From contig DATMBH010000075.1 of the NCBI GenBank assembly GCA_035559335.1, forward strand, positions 1 through 57,622: 57,622 nucleotides of DNA, read 5' to 3'. The first letter of the stretch is position 1. Every line of letters begins with the position of its first letter. A program made the translations under genes and the position numbers. Shown here piece after piece: positions 10,888 through 19,824 of this stretch. Origin of the DNA: Gemmatimonadales bacterium. GTDB lineage: Bacteria; Gemmatimonadota; Gemmatimonadetes; Gemmatimonadales; JACORV01. A model generated the notes under the pieces. That model was not told the DNA's origin, made no database searches, and worked only from the letters and a program-made list of their open reading frames with translations.

Positions 10888-11117
10888 CGTGCGAACCGAA
10901 GCACGTCCTTCACTGGCGGTATGGCATCTGGGTCGCCGTAGGCCGTGTACATTCGCCAGCGGACATACTCCTCGGGTGGAAGTGGCAGAAACGGGGCGCG
11001 GCGATGCCAGCCACGCCTCCGCATCGCCCAGACCATGGTCGCCAGATCGAACGCGACCAGCGGATTGATCAGGGCCCGGAGTGCGAGTGCCAACGTGAGC
11101 GACTTCCAGCTTCGCAT
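10860..11117 (-). CDS. small hypothetical membrane protein (85 aa)
   Basis: ATG start and an N-terminal hydrophobic segment. Third-codon positions mostly G/C by eye, as expected for real coding in this genome. Overlaps the queG start by 28 nt. No family recognised. Confidence 0.4.
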   Translation of the reverse strand: MRSWKSLTLALALRALINPLVAFDLATMVWAMRRRGWHRRAPFLPLPPEEYVRWRMYTAYGDPDAIPPVKDVLRFARWRREILKP

Positions 11118-11122
11118 TGAGG

Positions 11123-11128
11123 AGTATA
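11123..11128 (-). promoter_or_regulatory. -10-like hexamer TATACT, 5 nt upstream of the small-ORF ATG
   Basis: The minus strand reads TATACT-cctca-ATG. The same AT-rich block reads TATATT on the plus strand (11125-11130), 34 nt upstream of the LOG gene ATG. Confidence 0.3.
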
Positions 11129-11164
11129 TTCCGCACGTCCTCCTACGACCTGCAAGAGGCTGAG

Positions 11165-11944
11165 ATGACCGATCCTGTTCGTCCCCCTGGTACCCGACGC
11201 ACCGGCCCGACCGAAGACGAGAGGCTATTTCTCTCGCCCTTGGCCGCGCCCGATCACCGCTTTGAAGGGGTCACCGACACCTGGCGCGTGCTGCGGATCA
11301 TGGGGGAGTTCGTCGAGGGGTTCGACACGCTGGCGCACGTCCAGCACGGGGTGACGTTGTTCGGTTCGGCGCGTGTAACCGATCAAGATGCCAGCTACTG
11401 GGCCGCAGTCGAGACCGCGCGCCGGCTCGCCCAGGCGGGCTTCACGGTGATCACCGGTGGTGGGCCAGGGATAATGGAGGCCGGCAACCGCGGTGCCCGT
11501 GAGGCCGGTTCCGAGACGATCGGACTGAACATTGAGCTTCCGTTCGAGCAGGGGACCAACGCCTACGTCGACAAGGCCATCCACTTCCGGTACTTCTTCG
11601 TTCGCAAGACGATGTTCGTGAAGTACTCGATAGGCTTCGTGGTCTTCCCGGGCGGATTCGGGACCATGGACGAGCTGTTCGAGTCTTTGACCCTGATCCA
11701 GACTGGCAAGATCCATAACTTCCCGGTGGTTTTGTTCGACAGCGGCTACTGGAAGGGACTGGTCGAGTGGCTGACCAACACGATGGCCGCTGAACGCAAG
11801 ATTCAACCCGACGACCTGAAGCTCTTCACGGTAACAGACGATCCCGACGAAGCCGTCGCCCAGCTGGTGGCAGCCCGGAGGCGACTGATGGCCGAGCGAC
11901 CAGACCAAACGGCGTCCAGTGGCGGACGAGCGGCGATTGTCTGA
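11165..11944 (+). CDS. LOG family protein (TIGR00730; nucleotide 5'-monophosphate nucleosidase type)
   Basis: ATG at 11165 preceded by AGAGG. Motifs GGGPGIMEAGNRGA and PGGFGTMDELFE. Confidence 0.85.
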   Translation: MTDPVRPPGTRRTGPTEDERLFLSPLAAPDHRFEGVTDTWRVLRIMGEFVEGFDTLAHVQHGVTLFGSARVTDQDASYWAAVETARRLAQAGFTVITGGGPGIMEAGNRGAREAGSETIGLNIELPFEQGTNAYVDKAIHFRYFFVRKTMFVKYSIGFVVFPGGFGTMDELFESLTLIQTGKIHNFPVVLFDSGYWKGLVEWLTNTMAAERKIQPDDLKLFTVTDDPDEAVAQLVAARRRLMAERPDQTASSGGRAAIV

Positions 11945-13457
11945 ACACTGCTCCACGGGCCCCGCTGGTCGTTCTTCGCCACAGGGCTGGGCTGCTTGGT
12001 ACGCGCTCAGTCTGCTGGCATTCGGAAATCTTCTCAGCTACCTCGATCGCAACATCGTCTTCGCCCTGTTCGAGCCGATCAAGCGGGACCTCGGTGTCAC
12101 GGACGCGCAGCTGGGGTGGCTGGGCTCGGCGTACGCAATAGTCTTCTCGATAGGCTCGCTGTTCGCGGGAGTGGTATCGGACCTGTCCTCGCGTCGAGCC
12201 GTTCTCGCCGGCGGGCTCGCCTTGTGGTCCGCCTTCACGGCCGCCGGTGGACTGGTGCGCAACTACGCCCAGCTGTTCGCCAGCCGAGCCCTGGTTGGAA
12301 TCGGGCAGTCGAGCTACCTCCCGGCAGCCCAGGCGCTGTTGGCCGACTACTTCCCTACCCGGGGACGTGCGCAGGCGCTGGGCATCTTCTGGGTCGGGCT
12401 CGCGCTCGGCGGCGTGCTGGCGGTCTATCTGGGTGGGGTGCTAACAACTGCCCTCGGGTGGCGCGATACGCTGGTCGTGATCGGCCTGCCGGGAGTCGCT
12501 TTTGCTGCGCTGCTATGGCGACTGCGCGATCCGGCGGAAAGACCACGCCTGCCGTTGGCGCGGAGCGAGCGGGCCAAGTTTCGCATAACGGCGCGGGTGG
12601 TCTGGCGCGTGCTTGCGCCGCTGGTACTCAGTCTGCTGTTGGGCACAGCCGCCTTCGGGTTCTTGGCCCTGTTCAAGGGGTTGCCACCCGAGGCCGATAC
12701 GGCTGCCTTCGGCATCGTCGCGGGAACGGGCGTGGCGTGGACCGTGTTCGGTTGGGTGCGCCGGCTGCTCAAGAGCCAGCATCTAATCCCGGTGGGGTCG
12801 CCTGCCGACGTGATTGATGAAATGCTGGATGCTGGTGCGATGGTCCTTCGCACACCAACACTGATCTGGCTGTTCATTGGGGGAGCGCTGACGTCCGCGG
12901 CGATGAACGCACTGGTGGCGTGGAGTGCGAGCTTCCTTCAGCGCGAGCTTGGTCTCAGCCTGTTGGAAGCGGCCTCGCGGATCGGTCCAGCCGGCCTGCT
13001 GGGCGGGATTCTGGGTTCATGGGCTGGCGGGCGGCTCGGAGACACGCTCATGGAGCGTCTAGCAAGCGGCAGGGTGATCGCGGCTGCGCTGGGCTTCATC
13101 ATCGGGGCCCCGCTGTGCGTGATGATGCTGTTGCTGACCTCGCCGAGGTTCGCGGCCCCGCTGTTCTTCGTGGTCGTGTTCTTCTATATGTGGTACAACG
13201 GTCCGGTGGCCGCGGTGCTGTTCGACGTCGTCCCGCGCGAGGTTGGCGCCACGGTGATGGGCGCTTATGTGTTTTTCATTCACATCGCGGGCGATGCAAT
13301 CGCTCTGCCTGCCATCGGGGCGCTCTCCGACCGCATCGGCCTTCGCGCTGCGCTGTTGACCTGTCCGCTGATCGGGCTGCTCGGGGGAGTGGTACTGCTG
13401 TTCGCGGTGTTCACCGTCCGTCGCGACATGGCGCGCGTCAGGACGCCGGCGGCCTGA
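11919..13457 (+). CDS. MFS transporter
   Basis: About 12 hydrophobic segments; N-terminal LLAFGNLLSYLDRNIVF context typical of MFS. Start uncertain: GTG 11919 or TTG 11937, both overlapping the LOG gene end. Confidence 0.8.
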   Translation: MADERRLSEHCSTGPAGRSSPQGWAAWYALSLLAFGNLLSYLDRNIVFALFEPIKRDLGVTDAQLGWLGSAYAIVFSIGSLFAGVVSDLSSRRAVLAGGLALWSAFTAAGGLVRNYAQLFASRALVGIGQSSYLPAAQALLADYFPTRGRAQALGIFWVGLALGGVLAVYLGGVLTTALGWRDTLVVIGLPGVAFAALLWRLRDPAERPRLPLARSERAKFRITARVVWRVLAPLVLSLLLGTAAFGFLALFKGLPPEADTAAFGIVAGTGVAWTVFGWVRRLLKSQHLIPVGSPADVIDEMLDAGAMVLRTPTLIWLFIGGALTSAAMNALVAWSASFLQRELGLSLLEAASRIGPAGLLGGILGSWAGGRLGDTLMERLASGRVIAAALGFIIGAPLCVMMLLLTSPRFAAPLFFVVVFFYMWYNGPVAAVLFDVVPREVGATVMGAYVFFIHIAGDAIALPAIGALSDRIGLRAALLTCPLIGLLGGVVLLFAVFTVRRDMARVRTPAA

Positions 13458-15087
13458 GGGCCCGCCGCATCCGCTCGACCTGCGCCGTGTATTCCGCCAC
13501 GGCGGAGGCCTGGCGCGCGGCGTCCCAGCCCAGCTCGCCGCCCAACAGCGAGGCCACATCAGCCGCGGCCGGCAGGGCCTGATCGAATCGCGTGTGGAAC
13601 AGGTGCGTTCTGCGCATCAACACGTCGCTGACCGTGCGCGCGTACTCGCGTCGTGCCTGATAGACCACCTCTGCCCTGAGATCTGGGCAGTCGGCGCAGA
13701 TCGGCATTGCCAGATCGGGCTCCTCGTGCAGCAGCCTCGCGACGGCAGGGGCCTCCGCCCCATATCGGTGGACAAGGTGTCTGGCAACCGTTTCGTGAAG
13801 TCCTTCCGTCACCATCTCGGCGACCAGCGTCCCCAGGTCGCGGACTTCACCTCCCGGCAGCGGGACGCGGTCGGAAGCGCTGCGACCGATCGTGCGCCTG
13901 CCGTCGAGCGCGTGGAGATCCGCCACCACACGGTCCACGACCTGGGCCGCCATGAGCCGGTATGTGGTGAGCTTGCCACCCACAATCGAAAGAACACCTC
14001 CGGCGCTGCGGCTGATAAGGTGCTCGCGGGGGACGTCGGCGGTGCTCGCCCTTGGTGAGGCGAGCAGCGGGCGTAGGCCAGCCCACGCCGCGATGACGTC
14101 GTCGTACTGGAGCCTGGCCGCCGGAAACACGGCGTTTGCCGAGCGCAGTAGATAGGTGACGTCATCAGCGTCGACGCTGACCTCCCCGGGTGAACCGTCG
14201 AAGTCGGTGTCCGTGGTGCCGACGATGGAGGTCTCGCCGGATGGCAGCACGAACATCACGCGGCCGTCGATCGGAGAGGTTAGAGTTACGGCGCCGCGGT
14301 TGCCCAGGCGGCTCCGCGGCACGGCAATGTGCGCTCCCTTGGTCAGCCTCAGCAGCGGCCGGGCATCGGGCTCGTCGAGGCGACGGAAGCTGTCGGACCA
14401 CGGGCCGGTGGCATTCACGATGACCCGGGCGCGCACCAAAAGATCAGCGCCGCTCTCGAGATCGCGACACACCGCGCCGCGCACTCGTCCGGCCGACTTG
14501 TCCAGCGCGATCACGCGAACGTAGTTGACGCATGTCGCTCCATGCGCGGCGGCGGCGCGTATCGTGGCGAGCGTCAGGCGGGAGTCGTCGGTGAGCGCAT
14601 CCCAGTATTGCGCGCCGCCCGTCAGCCCGGCGTCGCGGAGGTTCGGCTCTTCTCGTAGGACCGCTCGCCGACCGAGCCAGCGGAACCGGTTGGCATTGCG
14701 GAACAGCGCGAGCAGGTCGTACAGCAGGACGGCGGCGGAGATCTGCCAGCGCTTGACGCGTGCGCCGCGGAAGGCAGGAAAAGTGAACGGGCAGGGACGC
14801 ACCAGGTGGGGCGCGATGCGCAGCAGCACCCGCCGCTCGCGACTGGCCTCGAAGACGAGCCGCAGCCAGCCATGCTCGAGATAGCGCAAGCCACCGTGAA
14901 TCAGGCGGCTCGAGTTGCTGGAGGTTCCTCCGGCGAAGTCCTGCGCATCCACGAGCGCCACGCTCAGGCCGCGCATCGCAGCATCGCGGGCCACGCCGGC
15001 GCCGGTGATACCTCCTCCGACCACCAGGAGATCGAAAGTCCCGTCGCTGAGGGCCGCTAGGTCGCTGTGCCGATTCACACGACACAA
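13438..15087 (-). CDS. glpD: FAD-dependent glycerol-3-phosphate dehydrogenase
   Basis: FDLLVVGGGITGAGVARDAAMRGLSVALVDAQDFAGGTSSNSSRLIHGGLRYLE dinucleotide fold and GlpD signature. Start is TTG 15087 or GTG 15078. 3' end overlaps the convergent MFS gene by 20 nt. Confidence 0.85.
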   Translation of the reverse strand: MCRVNRHSDLAALSDGTFDLLVVGGGITGAGVARDAAMRGLSVALVDAQDFAGGTSSNSSRLIHGGLRYLEHGWLRLVFEASRERRVLLRIAPHLVRPCPFTFPAFRGARVKRWQISAAVLLYDLLALFRNANRFRWLGRRAVLREEPNLRDAGLTGGAQYWDALTDDSRLTLATIRAAAAHGATCVNYVRVIALDKSAGRVRGAVCRDLESGADLLVRARVIVNATGPWSDSFRRLDEPDARPLLRLTKGAHIAVPRSRLGNRGAVTLTSPIDGRVMFVLPSGETSIVGTTDTDFDGSPGEVSVDADDVTYLLRSANAVFPAARLQYDDVIAAWAGLRPLLASPRASTADVPREHLISRSAGGVLSIVGGKLTTYRLMAAQVVDRVVADLHALDGRRTIGRSASDRVPLPGGEVRDLGTLVAEMVTEGLHETVARHLVHRYGAEAPAVARLLHEEPDLAMPICADCPDLRAEVVYQARREYARTVSDVLMRRTHLFHTRFDQALPAAADVASLLGGELGWDAARQASAVAEYTAQVERMRRALRPPAS

Positions 15088-15124
15088 TCTGGCCCGGCAC
15101 CACCGCTGTGGCTAGCTTTTCACG

Positions 15125-15143
15125 CGGCGCACCGGGTGCGCCG
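15125..15143. promoter_or_regulatory. 19-bp perfect palindrome (9+1+9) in the glpD/fadI divergent region
   Basis: CGGCGCACC-G-GGTGCGCCG, ending 12 nt upstream of the fadI ATG and abutting the SD-like GGAAGGGAG. Confidence 0.3.
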
Positions 15144-15155
15144 GAAGGGAGTAAC

Positions 15156-16451
15156 ATGAACGTACCCAACGGGCGTCGAGTCGCTATCATAAGCGGCTGC
15201 AGGACGCCTTTCGCGAAGGCGGGAACAGTATTCCGCGACATACCCGCCGTGGAACTTGCCCGCCACGCAGCGCGCGAACTAATCGCGCGAACCGCAGTAG
15301 ATCCCGAACTTGTTGATCAGGTCATTTTCGGACAAGTGGTGCCCAGCGTGCTGGTGCCGAATGTAGCGCGCGAGGTGGCGCTGCTGCCGCAGTTTCCGCG
15401 CACTGTGCCCGCCTACTCGCTCAACCGCGCCTGCGCCTCGAGCGCGCAGGCCATCGCGGACGGATTCGAGCAGATTCGCAACGGACTGGCGGACGTGGTG
15501 GTGGCCGGTGGAGTGGAGTCCCTGTCGGATGTGCCGATTCTGCACTCGAAGCGCTTCGCGGCCTTGCTGGTCGAGGCCTCTCGCGCGAAGTCGCCGTGGC
15601 AACGGCTCCGGATCCTGGCGAAGACGCGACTCAGGGACCTGGTGCCGGTAACGCCCGCCATAGCGGAGCCCTCCACCGGCGAGACGATGGGACAGAACGC
15701 CGAGAAGATGGCGAAGGAGAACGGCATTTCGCGTGAGGCGCAGGACCGCTTCGCGGTGCGCTCGCACCACCTGGCTGCGGCAGGACACGCGGATGGCCGG
15801 CTTGCCGCGGAGATCGCCCCGTATTTCCTGCCGCCCGATTACGAGAGAATCGAGACCTCGGACAACGGGGTACGCGCCGACACGTCGTTGGAACAGGTTG
15901 CGACGCTGAAGCCGGTGTTCGACCGCAAGTACGGCACCGTTACCGCTGCCAACAGCTCGCCGCTGACGGACGGAGCGGCCGCGGTGCTGCTGATGAGCGA
16001 GGACCGCGCCCGAGCTTTGGGGTACAGGCCGCTGGCATTCATCCGTTCCTACGCGGTGGCGGCGGTCGATCCCGGAGAGCAACTGCTGATGGGGCCCGCA
16101 TTCGCCGTCCCCAAGGCGCTCGACCGGGCGGGTATCAACTGGAAGGAACTTGGTCTCGTCGAAATGCACGAGGCCTTCGCATCCCAGGTGCTCTCGAACA
16201 TCCAGGCCTTCGAGTCGAAGCGCTTTGCAGAGGAGAAGCTCGGCAGGACCCGGGCAGTGGGAGAGGTGAACTGGGATACCCTCAATGTCATGGGCGGCTC
16301 GATCAGCATCGGCCATCCTTTCGGCGCCACCGGTGCCCGCATTGCGACCACGCTGGCGAACGAGATGGCAAGGCGCGACGTGCCGTTCGGCCTCATCTCG
16401 ATCTGCGCGCAGGGCGGGATGGGCTTTGCGATGGTACTGGAGCGACGCTAA
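15156..16451 (+). CDS. fadI: 3-ketoacyl-CoA thiolase, FadI type
   Basis: ATG at 15156 after GGAAGGGAG. RVAIISGCRTPFAKAG N-terminus, active-site NRACASSAQAI, GGSISIGHPFGATGAR, ICAQGGMGFAMVLE. Collinear with E. coli FadI as I recall it. Confidence 0.9.
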   Translation: MNVPNGRRVAIISGCRTPFAKAGTVFRDIPAVELARHAARELIARTAVDPELVDQVIFGQVVPSVLVPNVAREVALLPQFPRTVPAYSLNRACASSAQAIADGFEQIRNGLADVVVAGGVESLSDVPILHSKRFAALLVEASRAKSPWQRLRILAKTRLRDLVPVTPAIAEPSTGETMGQNAEKMAKENGISREAQDRFAVRSHHLAAAGHADGRLAAEIAPYFLPPDYERIETSDNGVRADTSLEQVATLKPVFDRKYGTVTAANSSPLTDGAAAVLLMSEDRARALGYRPLAFIRSYAVAAVDPGEQLLMGPAFAVPKALDRAGINWKELGLVEMHEAFASQVLSNIQAFESKRFAEEKLGRTRAVGEVNWDTLNVMGGSISIGHPFGATGARIATTLANEMARRDVPFGLISICAQGGMGFAMVLERR

Positions 16452-18568
16452 TGCCAGCCTTCACAGTGGAAATGGATGGCGCGATCGCCGTGGTCGTATT
16501 CGACCTGCCGGGCGAAAGCGTCAACAAGTTCAGCAGGGCGGTGAAGGACGAAATCGCCGCGCTGATTGGTCAGCTGAGAAACGACGCCACCGTCAGGGGC
16601 GTCGTTCTGATGTCGGGCAAGAAGGACACGTTCATCGCCGGCGCCGACATCGAGGAGTTCGTGGCGGCGAAGACTGAAGCTGCCTTTCGCACCCTCTCGC
16701 GCGAGGGCCAGAAGTTCCTGGACGAGCTGGAGGCGTTTCCCAAGCCGATCGTGGTCGCAATCCACGGCGCCTGCCTGGGCGGAGGCCTCGAGCTGTCGCT
16801 AGCGTGCCATTACCGCATTGCGAGCAATCACCGGAAGACCGTGTTGGCCCTCCCTGAGGTACAGCTGGGGCTCATTCCGGGCGCCGGCGGCTGCAATCGC
16901 CTGCCGCGACTGATTGGGCTGCGGGCGGCCTTGGACATGATACTGACCGGGAAGAACATCCGGGCAGATCGCGCGCTGCGAATCGGACTGGTGGACGAGG
17001 TCGTCTCGCCGGCCATCCTGCGCTCGGTGGCAGTAAAGACGGCTGCTATGCTTGCCGAATCGCCTGTTACGCGAAAACCGCGGGGCCATTGGTTCCTGGA
17101 CCGCACCCGGCCTGGACGGGCCCTGGTGTTCTCGCAGGCGCGCAAGCAGGTGCTTAGGCAAACCAGGGGCAACTACCCCGCGCCGCTCGCCGCGATCGAG
17201 GCGGTTCGGTTCTCGCTTAGGCACGGCCTGAGCCGGGGCCTGGAACACGAGGCCGAGCTGTTCGCGAAAATGGCGGTCACGGACGTATCCCGGAACCTGG
17301 TGAACATCTTCTTCGCTACTACCGCGCTCAAGAAGGACCCTGGCGTGCCGCCTCCGGCGCCCGAGCCGCTGCCGGTGGCGCGTCTGGCGGTGCTGGGGGC
17401 AGGGTTCATGGGTGCGGGTATCGCGGTTACCGCCGCCGAACAGGCGGGCGTGACCGTTCGCATGAAGGATGCCGATCTGGCGCGCGTGGGAAAGGGACTG
17501 AAGGCGGTCTCCGACGTGATCCAGGAGCGGCTACGCAAGCGCAGCATTGACCGGCGCGAGGCCGCGCGCCGGATCGCGATGATCTCAGGTGGAGTTGACT
17601 ACGACAGCATTCGCAACGCGGACCTAGTTGTGGAGGCTGTATTCGAGGACCTCGAGATCAAGCGAACGGTGCTTCGCGAAACGGAGGCGGTGGTCCGTCC
17701 CGAGTGCATCTTCGCATCCAACACCTCGACCATTCCGATCGCACGCATCGCCGAGGCGGCAGCACGGCCGGAGAACGTCGTTGGAATGCACTTCTTCTCG
17801 CCGGTGCACCGGATGCCGCTCCTCGAAGTGATCGCGGCTGCGCGGACGGCTCCCCGCACTGTGGTCACCGCGGTGGCCTTCGGGCGCAGCATGGGAAAGA
17901 CAGTCATCGTGGTGCGCGACTGCCCCGGCTTCTTCATCAACCGGATTCTTGCGCCCTACATCAACGAGACCGGACACCTGGTCATGGAAGGGACCCCTCT
18001 CGAAGACCTGGACCGCGCGATGACGGCCTGGGGATTCCCGGTAGGACCGGTTACGCTTCTCGACGAAGTCGGGCTGGATGTTGCGGCGAAGGCGGGCAAG
18101 GTCATGCTTGAGGCCTTCGGCGAGCGACTTAGGCCGGCAATCAGGATTGACGCGCTGGTGTCCGACGGACGCCTCGGCCGGAAGAACGGGCGCGGCTTTT
18201 ACCGCTATGAGAAGGGCAGAAAGGCGGGGATAGACGCTGCGGTCTATGGACTGCTCGGTGTGGCCAAGGCGAGCGGTTCCGGGTCGGAAGCCGTAGCCGA
18301 GCGCCTCAGTCTTGCCATGCTCAACGAGGCGGCGCGCGCTCTGGAAGAGGGCGTCATTCGCTCGCCGCGCGACGGTGACATCGGAGCGATCTACGGGATC
18401 GGGTTTCCGCCGTTCAAGGGCGGACCGTTCCGTTTGATGGATGCATTGGGCGCCGAGGCTGTGGTCGCGGCCCTGGAACGCCTGGCTTCACGGCATGGCC
18501 CGCGCTTCGCTCCGGCTCAGGTCCTCGTGGACCACGCGCGGAACGGTCGTCACTTCTACGGGGACTGA
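16451..18568 (+). CDS. fadJ: fatty-acid oxidation complex alpha subunit (enoyl-CoA hydratase / 3-hydroxyacyl-CoA dehydrogenase), FadJ type
   Basis: Crotonase motif IHGACLGGGLELSLAC, NAD fold LAVLGAGFMGAGIA, HFFSPVHRMPLLEV. Start overlaps the fadI stop (TAATG). Confidence 0.9.
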   Translation: MPAFTVEMDGAIAVVVFDLPGESVNKFSRAVKDEIAALIGQLRNDATVRGVVLMSGKKDTFIAGADIEEFVAAKTEAAFRTLSREGQKFLDELEAFPKPIVVAIHGACLGGGLELSLACHYRIASNHRKTVLALPEVQLGLIPGAGGCNRLPRLIGLRAALDMILTGKNIRADRALRIGLVDEVVSPAILRSVAVKTAAMLAESPVTRKPRGHWFLDRTRPGRALVFSQARKQVLRQTRGNYPAPLAAIEAVRFSLRHGLSRGLEHEAELFAKMAVTDVSRNLVNIFFATTALKKDPGVPPPAPEPLPVARLAVLGAGFMGAGIAVTAAEQAGVTVRMKDADLARVGKGLKAVSDVIQERLRKRSIDRREAARRIAMISGGVDYDSIRNADLVVEAVFEDLEIKRTVLRETEAVVRPECIFASNTSTIPIARIAEAAARPENVVGMHFFSPVHRMPLLEVIAAARTAPRTVVTAVAFGRSMGKTVIVVRDCPGFFINRILAPYINETGHLVMEGTPLEDLDRAMTAWGFPVGPVTLLDEVGLDVAAKAGKVMLEAFGERLRPAIRIDALVSDGRLGRKNGRGFYRYEKGRKAGIDAAVYGLLGVAKASGSGSEAVAERLSLAMLNEAARALEEGVIRSPRDGDIGAIYGIGFPPFKGGPFRLMDALGAEAVVAALERLASRHGPRFAPAQVLVDHARNGRHFYGD

Positions 18569-18577
18569 TCACGGACG

Positions 18578-19507
18578 ATGATGCGGCGAATTCTGCTCTA
18601 CCTGTCGGAACACCCTCAGGTATTCCGATTTGTGCGCAACGGCTCGCTGCCGCGGCGGCTTGCCTCACGGTTTGTCGCTGGCGAGACCCTGGACAGCGCG
18701 GTGCAGGCCGTCCGGGAGCTCAACGCAAAGGGCATCAGCGCCACACTCGACCTGCTGGGCGAGAGCGTCACGCGGGCCGACGAGGCGGCTGCCGCGGCGG
18801 ATACCGCCATCCGTATGCTGGAGCGCATTGCCCAGGATCGGCTCGATTCGAACATCTCCGTCAAGCTTACCCAGTTCGGGATGGACATCGACGAATCGGC
18901 ATGCGTTCAGAATACGCGGCGCATCCTCGAGCGAGCGCGCGAGCTGGACATCTTTGTGCGACTCGACATGGAATCCAGCGCGTACACCCAGCGCACCCTG
19001 GACATCGCCGAGAAGCAGCTCTATCCCGGCTATCCGAAGCACGTAGGCGTTGTCATCCAGTCGTACCTGTACCGCAGCAAGAGCGACGTCGCGCGGCTGA
19101 TCGCCCTGGGCATGCGGGTGCGACTGTGCAAGGGCGCCTACAAGGAGCCGCCCGCCGTGGCGTGGCCCGACAAGCGGGACGTGGACGCCAGTTATGCGGA
19201 GCTGATGCAGCAACTGCTGGAGCGCGGCAACTACCCCGCGCTGGCCACCCACGACGAAGCGCTCATTGCGCAAGCGAAGCGGTTCGTGTCCGAGCGCGGC
19301 ATCCCGCGCGACCGGTTCGAGTTCCAAATGCTCTATGGCGTGAGGAGGGACCTCCAGGATCAGCTGGTGCGGGAAGGGTACAGGATGAGAGTCTACGTGC
19401 CCTTCGGTACCCAGTGGTATCCCTACCTAATGCGGCGCCTGGCGGAACGACCGGCCAATGTGGCGTTCATCCTGGGTAACGTCGTGAAGGAGAGCCTGAG
19501 GCGGTGA
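18578..19507 (+). CDS. monofunctional proline dehydrogenase family protein
   Basis: 309 aa. VKLTQFG, VRLDMES, RLCKGAYKEP, ATHD, YVPFG...YLMRRLAERPAN contexts typical of PRODH TIM barrels. Confidence 0.8.
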   Translation: MMRRILLYLSEHPQVFRFVRNGSLPRRLASRFVAGETLDSAVQAVRELNAKGISATLDLLGESVTRADEAAAAADTAIRMLERIAQDRLDSNISVKLTQFGMDIDESACVQNTRRILERARELDIFVRLDMESSAYTQRTLDIAEKQLYPGYPKHVGVVIQSYLYRSKSDVARLIALGMRVRLCKGAYKEPPAVAWPDKRDVDASYAELMQQLLERGNYPALATHDEALIAQAKRFVSERGIPRDRFEFQMLYGVRRDLQDQLVREGYRMRVYVPFGTQWYPYLMRRLAERPANVAFILGNVVKESLRR

Positions 19508-19824
19508 TTGCCCGCGACGATACGCTTGCGGGTTACGTGGCCGTCCACGGACGCCCGCCTGCATTCACCGGGAGCGACGGCCGCGCCTACTCGGTCGGTG
19601 TTGTTTCAGACGACGATCCCGGGCCTGACGGCAGGTTCGGCGCAGCATTGCTCTTCGTCCGCTGGGACGAGCACCAGGTTCCGGACGGGCACCTGGAAAG
19701 CGACTACCTAGTCTACGCGGACAGCCCCAAGTCAGCCGAAGAACTGCTTGGACAGATGGCGCTCCTGGAAGTCCAGAAGGCGCTGAACGGACTGATTGCC
19801 CGAGCGGGCGCGAGGAGCGGCTGA
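19504..19824 (+). CDS. hypothetical protein (106 aa)
   Basis: Start overlaps the PRODH stop (GTGA) and its stop overlaps the next ATG (TGATG). Protein-like composition; no family recognised. Confidence 0.5.
   Translation: MIARDDTLAGYVAVHGRPPAFTGSDGRAYSVGVVSDDDPGPDGRFGAALLFVRWDEHQVPDGHLESDYLVYADSPKSAEELLGQMALLEVQKALNGLIARAGARSG

Noticed and set aside
13438-13457. 20-nt convergent overlap of the MFS and glpD 3' ends and 26-nt overlap of the TetR (38184) and PBP1A (38209) genes, considered as signs of frameshift or pseudogenes.
   Set aside because: Both partners have intact family-typical termini. Short overlaps are common in compact high-GC genomes. Nothing in the sequence supports disruption.
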